From positions 2,984 through 66,983 of the forward strand of contig JBBQZC010000003.1 in assembly GCA_038208115.1 (NCBI GenBank): DNA of 64,000 bases, written 5' to 3'. Positions 46,284 to 56,169 of the stretch are shown here, piece after piece. The position numbers were made by a program, and so were the translations under genes. The stretch comes from Candidatus Moraniibacteriota bacterium. Lineage in GTDB: Bacteria; Patescibacteriota; Minisyncoccia; Moranbacterales; GCA-2747515. Each line of letters starts with the position of its first letter. Position 1 is the stretch's first letter. The notes below the pieces were generated by a model. It ran no database searches and was not told where the DNA came from. It worked only from the letters and a program-made list of their open reading frames with translations.

Positions 46284-47249
46284 TTAGACAATAAACTTCT
46301 GAAGATGTTTCACAAAAGCCTTAAATCTGCCCGGATAATCAACCTCATACTTATAAACCTGTCCTTCATATGGTATTTCAATTTCTTTTGCATGAAGAAA
46401 AAATGTGTGTGTTTCATACTCCTTGGCAAAATTTAACCTCAATCGTTTTTCCGTCTTGGTATAGTAGCGCTGATCACCAACGAGAGGATGCCCGATATGA
46501 GCCATGTGTACGCGAATTTGATGTGTGCGACCGGTTTGCGGTCGTGCTTCAACTAGAGAAATGGTGTTTTCACCATTTATATCATATTCTTCCAATTGCG
46601 TATATTCTGTCTGCGCTTCCTTGGAATCACCCGTATATTTCCCAAAAGCGATTTTTTGTTTTGTGTACGACGTCGCACGAGCAATTGGTGCGTCTATTAC
46701 GCCGGTTTTTTCTTCAAATGCGCCAAAAACAAGCGTGTGATAGGTTTTTTTGACTTTTCTATCTTGAAAAGCTTTCTTAAGTATATCAAAACCTTTTTGA
46801 TTTTTAGCAACCACCATAAGACCTGTTGTATCCTTATCCAACCGATGTACAATACCTGGACGCTCTTCATCATCTCCCACACCCTCTATCTCAGGATACA
46901 TTGCCAAAAGCACATTGACGAGTGTTTTATCTCTTTCTCTGTGGCTCGGATGGACCTGTAACCCTCTTTGCTTATTGATTACGATAAAATCAGGTTGATG
47001 ATCAATAATTTCTAGCGATATATTGCGATTAGGGAGAATTTTCTTGGATTTATCTACAAATTCCCCCATAAATACATGCTCACCTCCTTTTAATGTATAG
47101 CTGGGTTTGGCAGTTTTGCCATTAATTTCTACAACACCTGACCTGATCATACGTATTATGTCTCCCCGCGTTTTATCTTCTCCAAGAGATTCTACGAGAT
47201 ATTTATCTATTCTTTTTCCTTTTTCTTCGTCTGCGATGATAAATTCCAT
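46284..47249 (-). CDS. rluD: RluA/RluD-family pseudouridine synthase
   Basis: S4-like N-terminus, RPGIVHRLDKDTTG, TGRTHQIRVH, GDQRY. Confidence 0.9.
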   Translation of the reverse strand: MEFIIADEEKGKRIDKYLVESLGEDKTRGDIIRMIRSGVVEINGKTAKPSYTLKGGEHVFMGEFVDKSKKILPNRNISLEIIDHQPDFIVINKQRGLQVHPSHRERDKTLVNVLLAMYPEIEGVGDDEERPGIVHRLDKDTTGLMVVAKNQKGFDILKKAFQDRKVKKTYHTLVFGAFEEKTGVIDAPIARATSYTKQKIAFGKYTGDSKEAQTEYTQLEEYDINGENTISLVEARPQTGRTHQIRVHMAHIGHPLVGDQRYYTKTEKRLRLNFAKEYETHTFFLHAKEIEIPYEGQVYKYEVDYPGRFKAFVKHLQKFIV

Positions 47250-47359
47250 ATGGGTAACAATATAATATTTAAGGTAAATTCTATCATACACCATTTTAAC
47301 AAATAACTCAACTATTCACTATAAAATAATTATAACGACCACAATTTATAATATAAATA

Positions 47360-47662
47360 AATGTGAATAATTATTCACCTATTATGCACAATTATCTATT
47401 TCGTCTTTAAATCTGTGTATAACTTGTGTAAAGCGTGTATAATTACTTGTGGATATTACTGTATAATTTCGTGGATAAAAAATCTCTTTTGTGGATAAGT
47501 ATCTCACTTTATACCTCAAAAAAGTTATCCACATTCACACGCACATATACACATAGTTACCCACAGTCACTATTTTCATCTCTATAAAAAGGTTTTCAGG
47601 AATATCCACTTATACATATACTAATAGTAATAATTAATTATATAAATATAATATAATATAAA
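47360..47662. other. Probable replication origin (oriC)
   Basis: About 10 DnaA-box matches (e.g. TGTGAATAA 47362, TTATGCACA 47382, TGTGTATAA 47414, TGTGGATAA 47490, TTATCCACA 47525, TTACCCACA 47557), then TAATAGTAATAA and a very AT-rich DUE-like tract. Confidence 0.8.
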
Positions 47663-47812
47663 TAGACTACAAATTCATCTACATTCAGATATCAAAGCAT
47701 CAAATAAATACTTTCAAAACAATTTGTAAATAGTAAATTCATAAATAGAATTATTTTTTGTCTTTCTTACAAATTATGATATAATGCATTTGTTAAATTT
47801 GTATACAAAAAA

Positions 47813-49804
47813 GTGTTCAAAAAAAATATACATAAAAATTGTTATAGAATACTCGTTTTTAGTTTTTTCCTTTTTTCTTTTATTCAAATAAATTTTTTAG
47901 TAAATAATGATTTTGTGAATTATTGCTATGCTGTAAATCCAGAACCGAAAACTGAAAATTTAAACGAAGGTGCAAATGTTGAAATAAGTGGTAATCCATT
48001 TTTTCAAGTAGTTGCAGGTATTTTAATAGGTATAATAAGATTATTTGCTATTTTTATTACAACTGGTGTTGCATTGATTCAATTAACCTTGAAACCGGAA
48101 TTTCAAACAATTATAGCAAATGATGCTATATTAGCTGGATGGAAAACAGTGCGAGATATCTTGAATATATTTTTTATATTTTTTCTCCTCTACTCCGCAT
48201 TTTGCACAGTATTTCAAATATCAAAATATCATATTAAAAGTACATGGGTGATGATTGTAGTGATGGCTCTTTTGGTGAATTTTTCATGGCCAGTTACACG
48301 GGTAATGATCGATGTATCAAATGTTGCGATGCAATATATTATTGGAGATAAAGGTATAGATACAAGTAATAGTCTTTTTGCTAAATTTGGTAAAGAATCA
48401 TCAGTACTACATCTTGTCATTTCAACAAGTGGGACTGATTCGAGTGATGAAAATATAGTTCAAATTAAAAATAAAGAAGGAGTTTTTACTAGTCTGCTTA
48501 TGGGAATTGTTGCGAGCGCATTATTTGCGTTTACGATTTTTGCTGTAGCATTTATGCTTGTGGTACGTGTTATTGCTTTGGCTATTTATCTTGTATTTGC
48601 ATCAGTAGGCTATACACTTGCAGCTTTTCCTGGGACATCATCTTATTCTAGTAAATGGTGGGATGGGTTTATGAAACAGTTGATAGTAGGTCCAATTCTC
48701 CTTTTTTCATTACTTTTAGCAGCTAATGTGCTTGATGCTTTAAAAAAATCCAGTTTTACAAGTGCTATGAGTGAGGCGGCAAAAGCAAATGGTGGAATGG
48801 CTAGTTTATTGCAATATTTAGTTGCGATTTTATTGATTTGGTCAAGTATTATTGCATCTCAAGAAGTAGGTGCACAGGGTTCGAGTATGGCTTTGGGTTT
48901 TGCACATAAAATGAGAGGAAAAGTTCAAGGAGTAGCAAAGGGTATTGGTAAAACTGCAGATTATGGAATGGCGAGAATGACGAATAGAATGGCGGGGTCA
49001 CAAAATAAGGGTGCGGCATTTATAGGAAAAGGCATGGGATTAGTGAGAAGTGTGCCAGATAGAGTAGGAAATATGAAGAAGGAATCAAAGGAAAACTATG
49101 CAAAAGCATTAGAAACATCCAAAGCACATGGATTAGCTATAGGTGGTGATAAACTAGGTGGAGATAAAAATGCTGTTAATGCAAATATAGGAAAGCAAAT
49201 TGAAGAAAAGAAGAAAAAATTAAAAGAAACACCGTTGAATACAGCAACAAATATTGAGGCAGAGGCAAAAGCACAGCTCCTTATTGATAAAAAAGATGGT
49301 ATTAAGGAAGATGATATTAAAAACCTCATCAAATCCCTTGATAGCCTTGATGAAGACACAAAGAAGGCTGCCTTAAAAAAAGCAGGAAATGAAGGTTATG
49401 GCCATCTCACAGCGGCATATGAAGCAAATAAAGAGCATGAAGCAGAAGTTAAAAGTGAAAATCAAAGAAGAAACTTCCATAGTATGAGTGCATTAACACC
49501 TGCTGAAATACAAACAATGCGTGAAAATAAGATGAATGAGAAAATGAAATCTACATATGAAAATATGGACGGCAAAACAATGGCAAAACAAAAAATATTT
49601 ACTACTTATAAGAAATCTAATATTAGTTCACCTGATCATGATGCGACGGAACGTGCATATGTAGTAGCAGACGAGCATATTAAACGTACACTAAGAGGAA
49701 GAAACTTATTAGATTTTAATTCTGCTGCAGGAGCAGCAAATAGAAATAATGATATAAGAGAAGCTGCTAATAACTATAGCTTACTACATGGAGGGACGCC
49801 TTAA
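47813..49804 (+). CDS. VirB6/TrbL-like polytopic membrane protein
   Basis: GWKTVRDILNIFFI, ALLVNFS...RVMID, multiple TMs, long charged tail; sits before PrgI/VirB4. Confidence 0.75.
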   Translation: MFKKNIHKNCYRILVFSFFLFSFIQINFLVNNDFVNYCYAVNPEPKTENLNEGANVEISGNPFFQVVAGILIGIIRLFAIFITTGVALIQLTLKPEFQTIIANDAILAGWKTVRDILNIFFIFFLLYSAFCTVFQISKYHIKSTWVMIVVMALLVNFSWPVTRVMIDVSNVAMQYIIGDKGIDTSNSLFAKFGKESSVLHLVISTSGTDSSDENIVQIKNKEGVFTSLLMGIVASALFAFTIFAVAFMLVVRVIALAIYLVFASVGYTLAAFPGTSSYSSKWWDGFMKQLIVGPILLFSLLLAANVLDALKKSSFTSAMSEAAKANGGMASLLQYLVAILLIWSSIIASQEVGAQGSSMALGFAHKMRGKVQGVAKGIGKTADYGMARMTNRMAGSQNKGAAFIGKGMGLVRSVPDRVGNMKKESKENYAKALETSKAHGLAIGGDKLGGDKNAVNANIGKQIEEKKKKLKETPLNTATNIEAEAKAQLLIDKKDGIKEDDIKNLIKSLDSLDEDTKKAALKKAGNEGYGHLTAAYEANKEHEAEVKSENQRRNFHSMSALTPAEIQTMRENKMNEKMKSTYENMDGKTMAKQKIFTTYKKSNISSPDHDATERAYVVADEHIKRTLRGRNLLDFNSAAGAANRNNDIREAANNYSLLHGGTP

Positions 49805-49822
49805 AATATGATCTATTAATAT

Positions 49823-51232
49823 ATGAAAGACGAACAAAAATATTATCCCATGTTAGCGGGTATTAGTGAAAAAGACATATTTAGTGAAGAAAGTTCACTA
49901 ATGTGGGAAAAATTTAACACAATGCCGATCAAAATACAAAAAATATTGAAATCTGATGAACTTACCGAATTTGTCTATAATATTGAAAAAAGATATCATT
50001 TTTCTGATAAACAAACAGAGGATTTTTCAGTTTTAGTAAGAAAATATTTCTTTAGGGAAATATCAGAAAATGAATTTGCACAAAAAGTATCCCAAATGTG
50101 TCATTCTACGACAGATGACGCGATTAAACTTTTTCGTGTAATTTTAGCAATTGAACCAAAAGAAGAATTAGAAGAAAACAAAGACGTTTCTTTAAAAAGA
50201 AATACGGTGCAAATTTCGTTTACCAACGCACTTGCTAATTATCCAAAGGTTAAGGAGCAGTTTATCACTGAACAACCAATCATCGCTAAACCATTTCTCC
50301 AACCACTCAAACCAACGCTCAAAAACTGGATTATGGTGTATGAAAAAATACTTGACGTCAGCCGTCACAATACAATTGAACGCGGTGATTTCGTATTTCG
50401 TGCAGAAGCAACAAATGGACTTACACACTCTGAACGTGCTGATCTGGCACACATATTACGTGCACGAGATGAAGATGGTCAGATAACGATAGATCGAGAT
50501 ACAAGTGAAATTGTCTTTGAGGAGCAAGGAGATGATATGCAAAACAAACCAGTTAATGAATCGCGAAATATTGTATCTGGAAGACAATCTATAATCGTAC
50601 CAAGGGCAAATTTGCAACAAAAAATGACACAAGTAAGTAATGATTCAGAAAATATACCACAGAGAAATACAATGTCACAAACAGTATATAGTCAAAATTC
50701 AGTATCAAAAAGAATGGATATGCCTGCGCAACAAAAAGTAGCACAGAAACCAGTGGAAAGAAAAAATTTTGGTATAATTAATGAGTCATCGTCAATAAGT
50801 ACGTCAAAAAAAGATCCAAATGAAAAGCAAAATCCAGTTTTTACTTCAGTCCAGGATGAAATCATCAAAAACCGTATGGAGATGCAGAAAAAAAATCAAC
50901 CTACACAAGTGATGACCGTAGAAGAACCACAAGTAGTATCACAGGATGTCCGACCAATCGGTACTCCAATACAAGGTATATTAGTTCATAAAAAAGAAGA
51001 TGTACAATCGGCGACAAATGCTCAGCCAATATCAAGTGTAACTACACCAACAAAAAAAGTTATTGATGAAAAACCATTATCGTTTGTAGCTGGAGAAATT
51101 AATTTTAGTTCAAATCATACATTACCATCAGAGATGCCACAAAAAAAACTATCAGCAAATTATCTCAACATATCACCTATTGGTGTAACGCATGTGATGA
51201 AAAAAAACAAAAAACAGAACAAATCAATGTAA
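49823..51232 (+). CDS. Hypothetical protein of the T4SS-like locus
   Basis: 469 aa with low-complexity Q/P/S-rich C-terminal half. Confidence 0.8.
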   Translation: MKDEQKYYPMLAGISEKDIFSEESSLMWEKFNTMPIKIQKILKSDELTEFVYNIEKRYHFSDKQTEDFSVLVRKYFFREISENEFAQKVSQMCHSTTDDAIKLFRVILAIEPKEELEENKDVSLKRNTVQISFTNALANYPKVKEQFITEQPIIAKPFLQPLKPTLKNWIMVYEKILDVSRHNTIERGDFVFRAEATNGLTHSERADLAHILRARDEDGQITIDRDTSEIVFEEQGDDMQNKPVNESRNIVSGRQSIIVPRANLQQKMTQVSNDSENIPQRNTMSQTVYSQNSVSKRMDMPAQQKVAQKPVERKNFGIINESSSISTSKKDPNEKQNPVFTSVQDEIIKNRMEMQKKNQPTQVMTVEEPQVVSQDVRPIGTPIQGILVHKKEDVQSATNAQPISSVTTPTKKVIDEKPLSFVAGEINFSSNHTLPSEMPQKKLSANYLNISPIGVTHVMKKNKKQNKSM

Positions 51233-51417
51233 AATTTATGACAGCAAGATATTATTATATCCACCTAATCTATCTAAAAGATGAGGAATTCTTATTTTCA
51301 TATAAAAAAGGAAAATGAATAAAGAAGCATCTGTTAGATTTTTTTATTTTATCAAGTGCTTTATAAAAAATTGATTTAATGGTATGATAAAAAAGAAGAA
51401 AAAATAAAATAAAAATT

Positions 51418-51879
51418 ATGCAGATTGTACCACAATATATTGATGTTGAAGATAAAATAGCAGGACCGCTCACGTGGAAACATATTGGTTGGATGTTTGC
51501 TGGTGGAGCAGTTTTATTGTTTGCATTCACTTTATTAGATACTACAACTTTTATTATTGCAGCAGTGCCGATTACTATATTTACGGGAGCGCTTATTTTT
51601 TATCGACCGAGTGGGGTGCCATTGGTACAATTCATCGGATTTGGATTTACATATCTTTTTCGTCCAAAAGTGTATACGTGGCAACGTGAAGACACGTTAT
51701 ACACACAGAAAAAAAAGAACAAAGTAATGCATATTGAGACTACGAGTGAAAAAAAACACTTAGGCGAGAATGATATGCATGCAATTGCACAAATGCTTGA
51801 TACACGTGGAACGGAGCGCAGTGATCGTCTTCAACAGTTGATCAGAGAAAGTAAAAGAGAATCACAACATAAAAAATAA
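51418..51879 (+). CDS. PrgI-family (VirB3-like) protein
   Basis: VPQYIDVEDKIAGPLTWKH, two TMs, RPKVYTW. Confidence 0.88.
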   Translation: MQIVPQYIDVEDKIAGPLTWKHIGWMFAGGAVLLFAFTLLDTTTFIIAAVPITIFTGALIFYRPSGVPLVQFIGFGFTYLFRPKVYTWQREDTLYTQKKKNKVMHIETTSEKKHLGENDMHAIAQMLDTRGTERSDRLQQLIRESKRESQHKK

Positions 51880-51891
51880 TTTGATATTGAT

Positions 51892-52575
51892 ATGGACTTA
51901 TTAGGATCAACTTCACAAAATAGTGGATTAAGCACACTGAAGTATGTGGATATTAAAACAATTAAAGATGGAGTAGTTGTGCTTAAAAACGGTTCTTTAA
52001 GAGCTGTTTTACTTGTGTCATCGATTAATTTTGATCTTAAATCATCTGATGAACAAATAGCTATTGTTGGCGCATATCAAAACTTCCTTAATTCACTAGA
52101 TTTTCCTATTCAAATATTGGTTAGTTCACGTAAATTGAATATTAGTGCATATCTAGATATGCTTAAAGAGAAGTCGAGAGAACAGCGCAATGAATTGTTG
52201 AAAATTCAAATTATTGAATATAGGGAATTTATTCAAAAACTCACAGAAGTGACAAATATTATGAGTAAATATTTTTATCTTGTCGTACCATTTGCACCAG
52301 TGGAAAATGAATCAGAAGGAATTCTCGGTAAAATCTCACATGTATTTAATCCTGAGGAAAATATTACAGAACATGAGGAGTTATTTGAAACGTACAAAAA
52401 TCAACTATGGCAACGAGTAGATCATGTTGCGGCAGCTCTGGGAGGAACAGGATTACATTTCACAGCGTTGAATACGGAAGAGCTCATTGAAATGTATTAT
52501 GGTATGTATAATCCATCAGAATATTCGCAGACGACAATAAAGAATGTTATAGAATCAGATGTGGAACAAATGTAA
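51892..52575 (+). CDS. VirB4/TraC N-terminal-like accessory protein
   Basis: SSINFDLKSSDEQ...YQNFLNSLDFPIQI; lies between PrgI and the ATPase. Confidence 0.75.
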   Translation: MDLLGSTSQNSGLSTLKYVDIKTIKDGVVVLKNGSLRAVLLVSSINFDLKSSDEQIAIVGAYQNFLNSLDFPIQILVSSRKLNISAYLDMLKEKSREQRNELLKIQIIEYREFIQKLTEVTNIMSKYFYLVVPFAPVENESEGILGKISHVFNPEENITEHEELFETYKNQLWQRVDHVAAALGGTGLHFTALNTEELIEMYYGMYNPSEYSQTTIKNVIESDVEQM

Positions 52576-52599
52576 AAATAATTATTTGTAGGGATTGAT

Positions 52600-54411
52600 A
52601 TGTTATTCAACAAAAAAGCAAATACACAACAAAATAATGAGACTGTAGAGAATGATAAATTTTATCAAGAAGGTGTTGCTACGGTTCGAGGACTTATTGC
52701 TCCAAGCGCATTACAAATTCAAGCAGATCATTTACAAATTGGCGATGTGATGGCAACAACAGTTTTTGTGATGGCATACCCTCGCTTTTTAAGTGATAGT
52801 TGGTTCGCACCAATCATTAATATTGATTTTCCGATGGATATTTCAATGTTTATTCATCCTGAAGATTCACGCGATGTGCTTAAAACACTGAGAAAAAGTG
52901 CAGCGCATGTGCATTCACAGATTGATATTGAGTCGCGTAGTGGAAAGGTAACTGATCCAATGTTGGAAACGGCTATAGAAAACATTGAGACTCTTCGTGT
53001 GAGTTTGCAACAAGGAACAGAGAGATTTTTCCGTTTTGGCTTGTATATTACACTTTATGCTGATACAAAAGCAGTGTTGCAAAAAAGAAAAAGTGAGATT
53101 GAGGCAATTTTAGAAGCCCAGCTAATTTATTGTAAACCTGCTATATTACGAATGGAACATGGTTTTGCGTCGACAATTCCACTTGGGAATGATCGACTGA
53201 ACGTAGGAACAAACCTCAATACAGCACCACTCTCGACAACCTTTCCTTTTGTGTCATCCAGCCTGTCATCCAACGAAGGAATTTTATATGGAATTAATCG
53301 TCATAACAATAGTCTGATATTATTTGATCGGTTCAATATGGAAAATGCTAATATGGTGGTTTTTGCAAAATCAGGTGGCGGAAAAAGCTATTTTGTAAAA
53401 TTGGAAATATTACGATCCCTAATGATTGGCGTTAATGTAATAGTGATTGATCCAGAAAGTGAATATAAACATCTCTGTCAAACTGTCGGCGGTACATATA
53501 TTCAAATATCACTTGGATCAAATGCACACATCAATCCATTTGAACTACCAGCAATACCTAAGGACGAAAAGCAAGTTGATGTATTTAGAAACACAATAGC
53601 GAGCTTGATCGGATTGATGCATATCATGCTGGGTAGTGTAACAGCGGAAGAAGATACGGTGCTCGAACGTGCCATTCGTGAAGCCTATGCAGTGCGCGAT
53701 ATCACAGAGGATAGTCATTTTGGAGGTATACCACATTCAGGATATCCGACAATGGCAGATCTCTATGAGGTACTGCGATCAATGGATGGTGGTGATTCAT
53801 TAGGTAAGAGACTATCGAAATATACAGAGGGTATTTTTTCTGGATTTCTTAATAATCCAACGAATATTGAGGTAAATAACCAGATGATTGTATTTAATAT
53901 TCGAGATTTGGAAGAGGAATTGCGACCAATTGCGATGTATATGGTTTTGCAGTTTATCTGGAATGAGATGCGTACAAATATGACACGCAGAATTGTAGCT
54001 GTGGATGAGGCGTGGGTCATGATGCAAAATGATGATGCGGCAGCCTTTTTATTTGGTATTGCAAAAAGATGTCGTAAATATTATACTGGCCTCACAACGA
54101 TCACACAGGACGTAAGTGATTTTATGACAAGTCGCTATGGTAGACCAATTGTGACCAATTCATCTCTACAACTCCTTCTCCGTCAATCACCAGCCTCTGT
54201 GGATGTGATTGCGGAAACATTTTACCTGACAGATCATGAGAGATTTCTTCTGCTTGAAAGTAATGTGGGAGAGGGTATTTTATTTGCAGGACCTAAGCAT
54301 GCAGCTATCAAAATCATATCTTCATACGCAGAAGATCAAATCATTACTTCTGATCCGAGACAGCTTGCTGAAATAGAGAAGGCAAAGGAAGAAATAGATA
54401 ATGAAAAATAA
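52600..54411 (+). CDS. VirB4-like type IV secretion ATPase
   Basis: AKSGGGKS, IDPESEY, VDEAW, RKY.TGLTTITQD. Confidence 0.92.
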   Translation: MLFNKKANTQQNNETVENDKFYQEGVATVRGLIAPSALQIQADHLQIGDVMATTVFVMAYPRFLSDSWFAPIINIDFPMDISMFIHPEDSRDVLKTLRKSAAHVHSQIDIESRSGKVTDPMLETAIENIETLRVSLQQGTERFFRFGLYITLYADTKAVLQKRKSEIEAILEAQLIYCKPAILRMEHGFASTIPLGNDRLNVGTNLNTAPLSTTFPFVSSSLSSNEGILYGINRHNNSLILFDRFNMENANMVVFAKSGGGKSYFVKLEILRSLMIGVNVIVIDPESEYKHLCQTVGGTYIQISLGSNAHINPFELPAIPKDEKQVDVFRNTIASLIGLMHIMLGSVTAEEDTVLERAIREAYAVRDITEDSHFGGIPHSGYPTMADLYEVLRSMDGGDSLGKRLSKYTEGIFSGFLNNPTNIEVNNQMIVFNIRDLEEELRPIAMYMVLQFIWNEMRTNMTRRIVAVDEAWVMMQNDDAAAFLFGIAKRCRKYYTGLTTITQDVSDFMTSRYGRPIVTNSSLQLLLRQSPASVDVIAETFYLTDHERFLLLESNVGEGILFAGPKHAAIKIISSYAEDQIITSDPRQLAEIEKAKEEIDNEK

Positions 54412-54500
54412 TATAACAAAAGAGGTTTGTAAAAACCTCTTTTTTAGTGTGTGATATTGCATGTGAAGTTGTATGTGTTTTGTAATAATAACAATCATAT

Positions 54501-54680
54501 ATGAAAAATGATAAAAATATTTGGGAATTAACTCCTAATCTCGTTATTACAAATTTTGTAATTGATTCATTGTCAAAAAGACATTCACAAGAAATACATT
54601 TAAGTAGTGTTTATTCACTGTATATCGAAATGTATTTATTAAAAAATGAAACAATCATAAAGAAACCTCGCAATTGTTAG
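54501..54680 (+). CDS. Possible 59-aa small protein
   Basis: Open ATG-TAG frame filling an AT-rich intergenic gap; no motif. Confidence 0.35.
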   Translation: MKNDKNIWELTPNLVITNFVIDSLSKRHSQEIHLSSVYSLYIEMYLLKNETIIKKPRNC

Positions 54681-54717
54681 TAGTTACGTGTATAATATAG
54701 AAAGAAATAATGAAAAT

Positions 54718-55470
54718 ATGAGCACATCAAGAGCATCAACAAATCCAGAAAACATTGCCATCTATGCGGAGAGAGCGCGCAATCTTCAGCGTGCTCGTCA
54801 GAAGAAAAATATCACGCAAGAGACGCAGTCACAGAAATATACAGAACAATTGAGTAAACAAATTCAAAGAAGCAGATATTTTCAAAATAGTGATACTCAG
54901 AATTTTGCAGATAAACCAGGTGGCGAAAGTAGTGATAGTCAGAAAAAAAATAACATACGATTAATTCAAAAAGATTTACATGGCGAAATACAGGATGATG
55001 AATTACATCAAATAACAGATGATGTGTCAGATGTTTTTACAAGTTCAAAAATAATGCTTCCAGTAAAAATAGCTCAACTAGCTGTGCATTCTCGCGCTGC
55101 ATTGAAAGATTATACTAGCAAATGGTGGATTGTTGCGTTTGCATTTGCTATTTTTAAAGACCTCGCACTCGATCCAACAATCCATCAAATACCAGCATTA
55201 GGATGGTTTGTTGCATGCTGTTTTACGATTGGATTTATCATTTTTTTATTTGGAGGTGGATTTTTTAGGAAGTTAGGCAAAAAGATGATTGCAAAAATCA
55301 TTTTTTCGATTATTATTGATATGATCCCATTTGTAAACATACTATTTCCTGGAACAACAATAGCTGTATTAGTACGATGGGATGGGTCAAAAAAAGATGC
55401 AAAAAAAGCAGAACAAAATGTGAAAAGAATTAGAGAAAAGTATGCAGAATATGATACAATGAATGAATAA
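54718..55470 (+). CDS. Hypothetical membrane protein
   Basis: Charged N-terminus, C-terminal TMs (IDMIPFVNILFPGTT). Confidence 0.8.
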   Translation: MSTSRASTNPENIAIYAERARNLQRARQKKNITQETQSQKYTEQLSKQIQRSRYFQNSDTQNFADKPGGESSDSQKKNNIRLIQKDLHGEIQDDELHQITDDVSDVFTSSKIMLPVKIAQLAVHSRAALKDYTSKWWIVAFAFAIFKDLALDPTIHQIPALGWFVACCFTIGFIIFLFGGGFFRKLGKKMIAKIIFSIIIDMIPFVNILFPGTTIAVLVRWDGSKKDAKKAEQNVKRIREKYAEYDTMNE

Positions 55471-55508
55471 GATGTGATATAATAATACATATAAAAAAAA
55501 TAGTAAAT

Positions 55509-56150
55509 ATGAATCAAGAAATTATAAAACAATTAACACATTTTTGCTTTGCGCTTGCTTGTGTTGCTTTATTTTTTTTCTTCCCTGTGTCAGAATATCG
55601 ATTTGAAGTTTTAGTTAGCGTCGTAACTTTTTTACTGGTGATGCCAGTAATTTATACAAAGGTCGTTTTGCATAAAGATTTGAGGGAGATGGGTTTTTGG
55701 TCTTTTCGGATAGAAAAAAAAGAAATTTTTATGTTGACGGCCTCAGTAATAATTGGTGGTTTATTGGGCTTTGTGATGATTGCGATGAAGTGGGGTGTGG
55801 CTTCATATGTTGGGATGTTACCTGGCGCTGTTTTATACAACTTTGGAGGATTTGTCGTCTATGAGTTAGTTTTTGTTTCAGCAATCCTCTTTCTTTTTAC
55901 TGTGATTGTGTGGGGATTTGTGTTTAATTGCACATGGCATGATCATCGTATTGCGTTCATATCTGGAAGTGTCTTATTTATTGTTCTATTATATAGCTTT
56001 TATCAAAATATATTTATCATCATTCCCTTGCTCAGTCCTGTAGTTATATTATACAAAAAACGATTTACTTATAACATTATCTATCTTTTTTTAGCATTCT
56101 TTCTAATAAGTCTTATTATAGATACGATGATCGTGCGGTCATTATCATAA
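55509..56150 (+). CDS. Hypothetical polytopic membrane protein
   Basis: 213 aa, about 7 hydrophobic segments. Confidence 0.8.
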   Translation: MNQEIIKQLTHFCFALACVALFFFFPVSEYRFEVLVSVVTFLLVMPVIYTKVVLHKDLREMGFWSFRIEKKEIFMLTASVIIGGLLGFVMIAMKWGVASYVGMLPGAVLYNFGGFVVYELVFVSAILFLFTVIVWGFVFNCTWHDHRIAFISGSVLFIVLLYSFYQNIFIIIPLLSPVVILYKKRFTYNIIYLFLAFFLISLIIDTMIVRSLS

Positions 56151-56169
56151 TATAATTTAGACAATCGAG

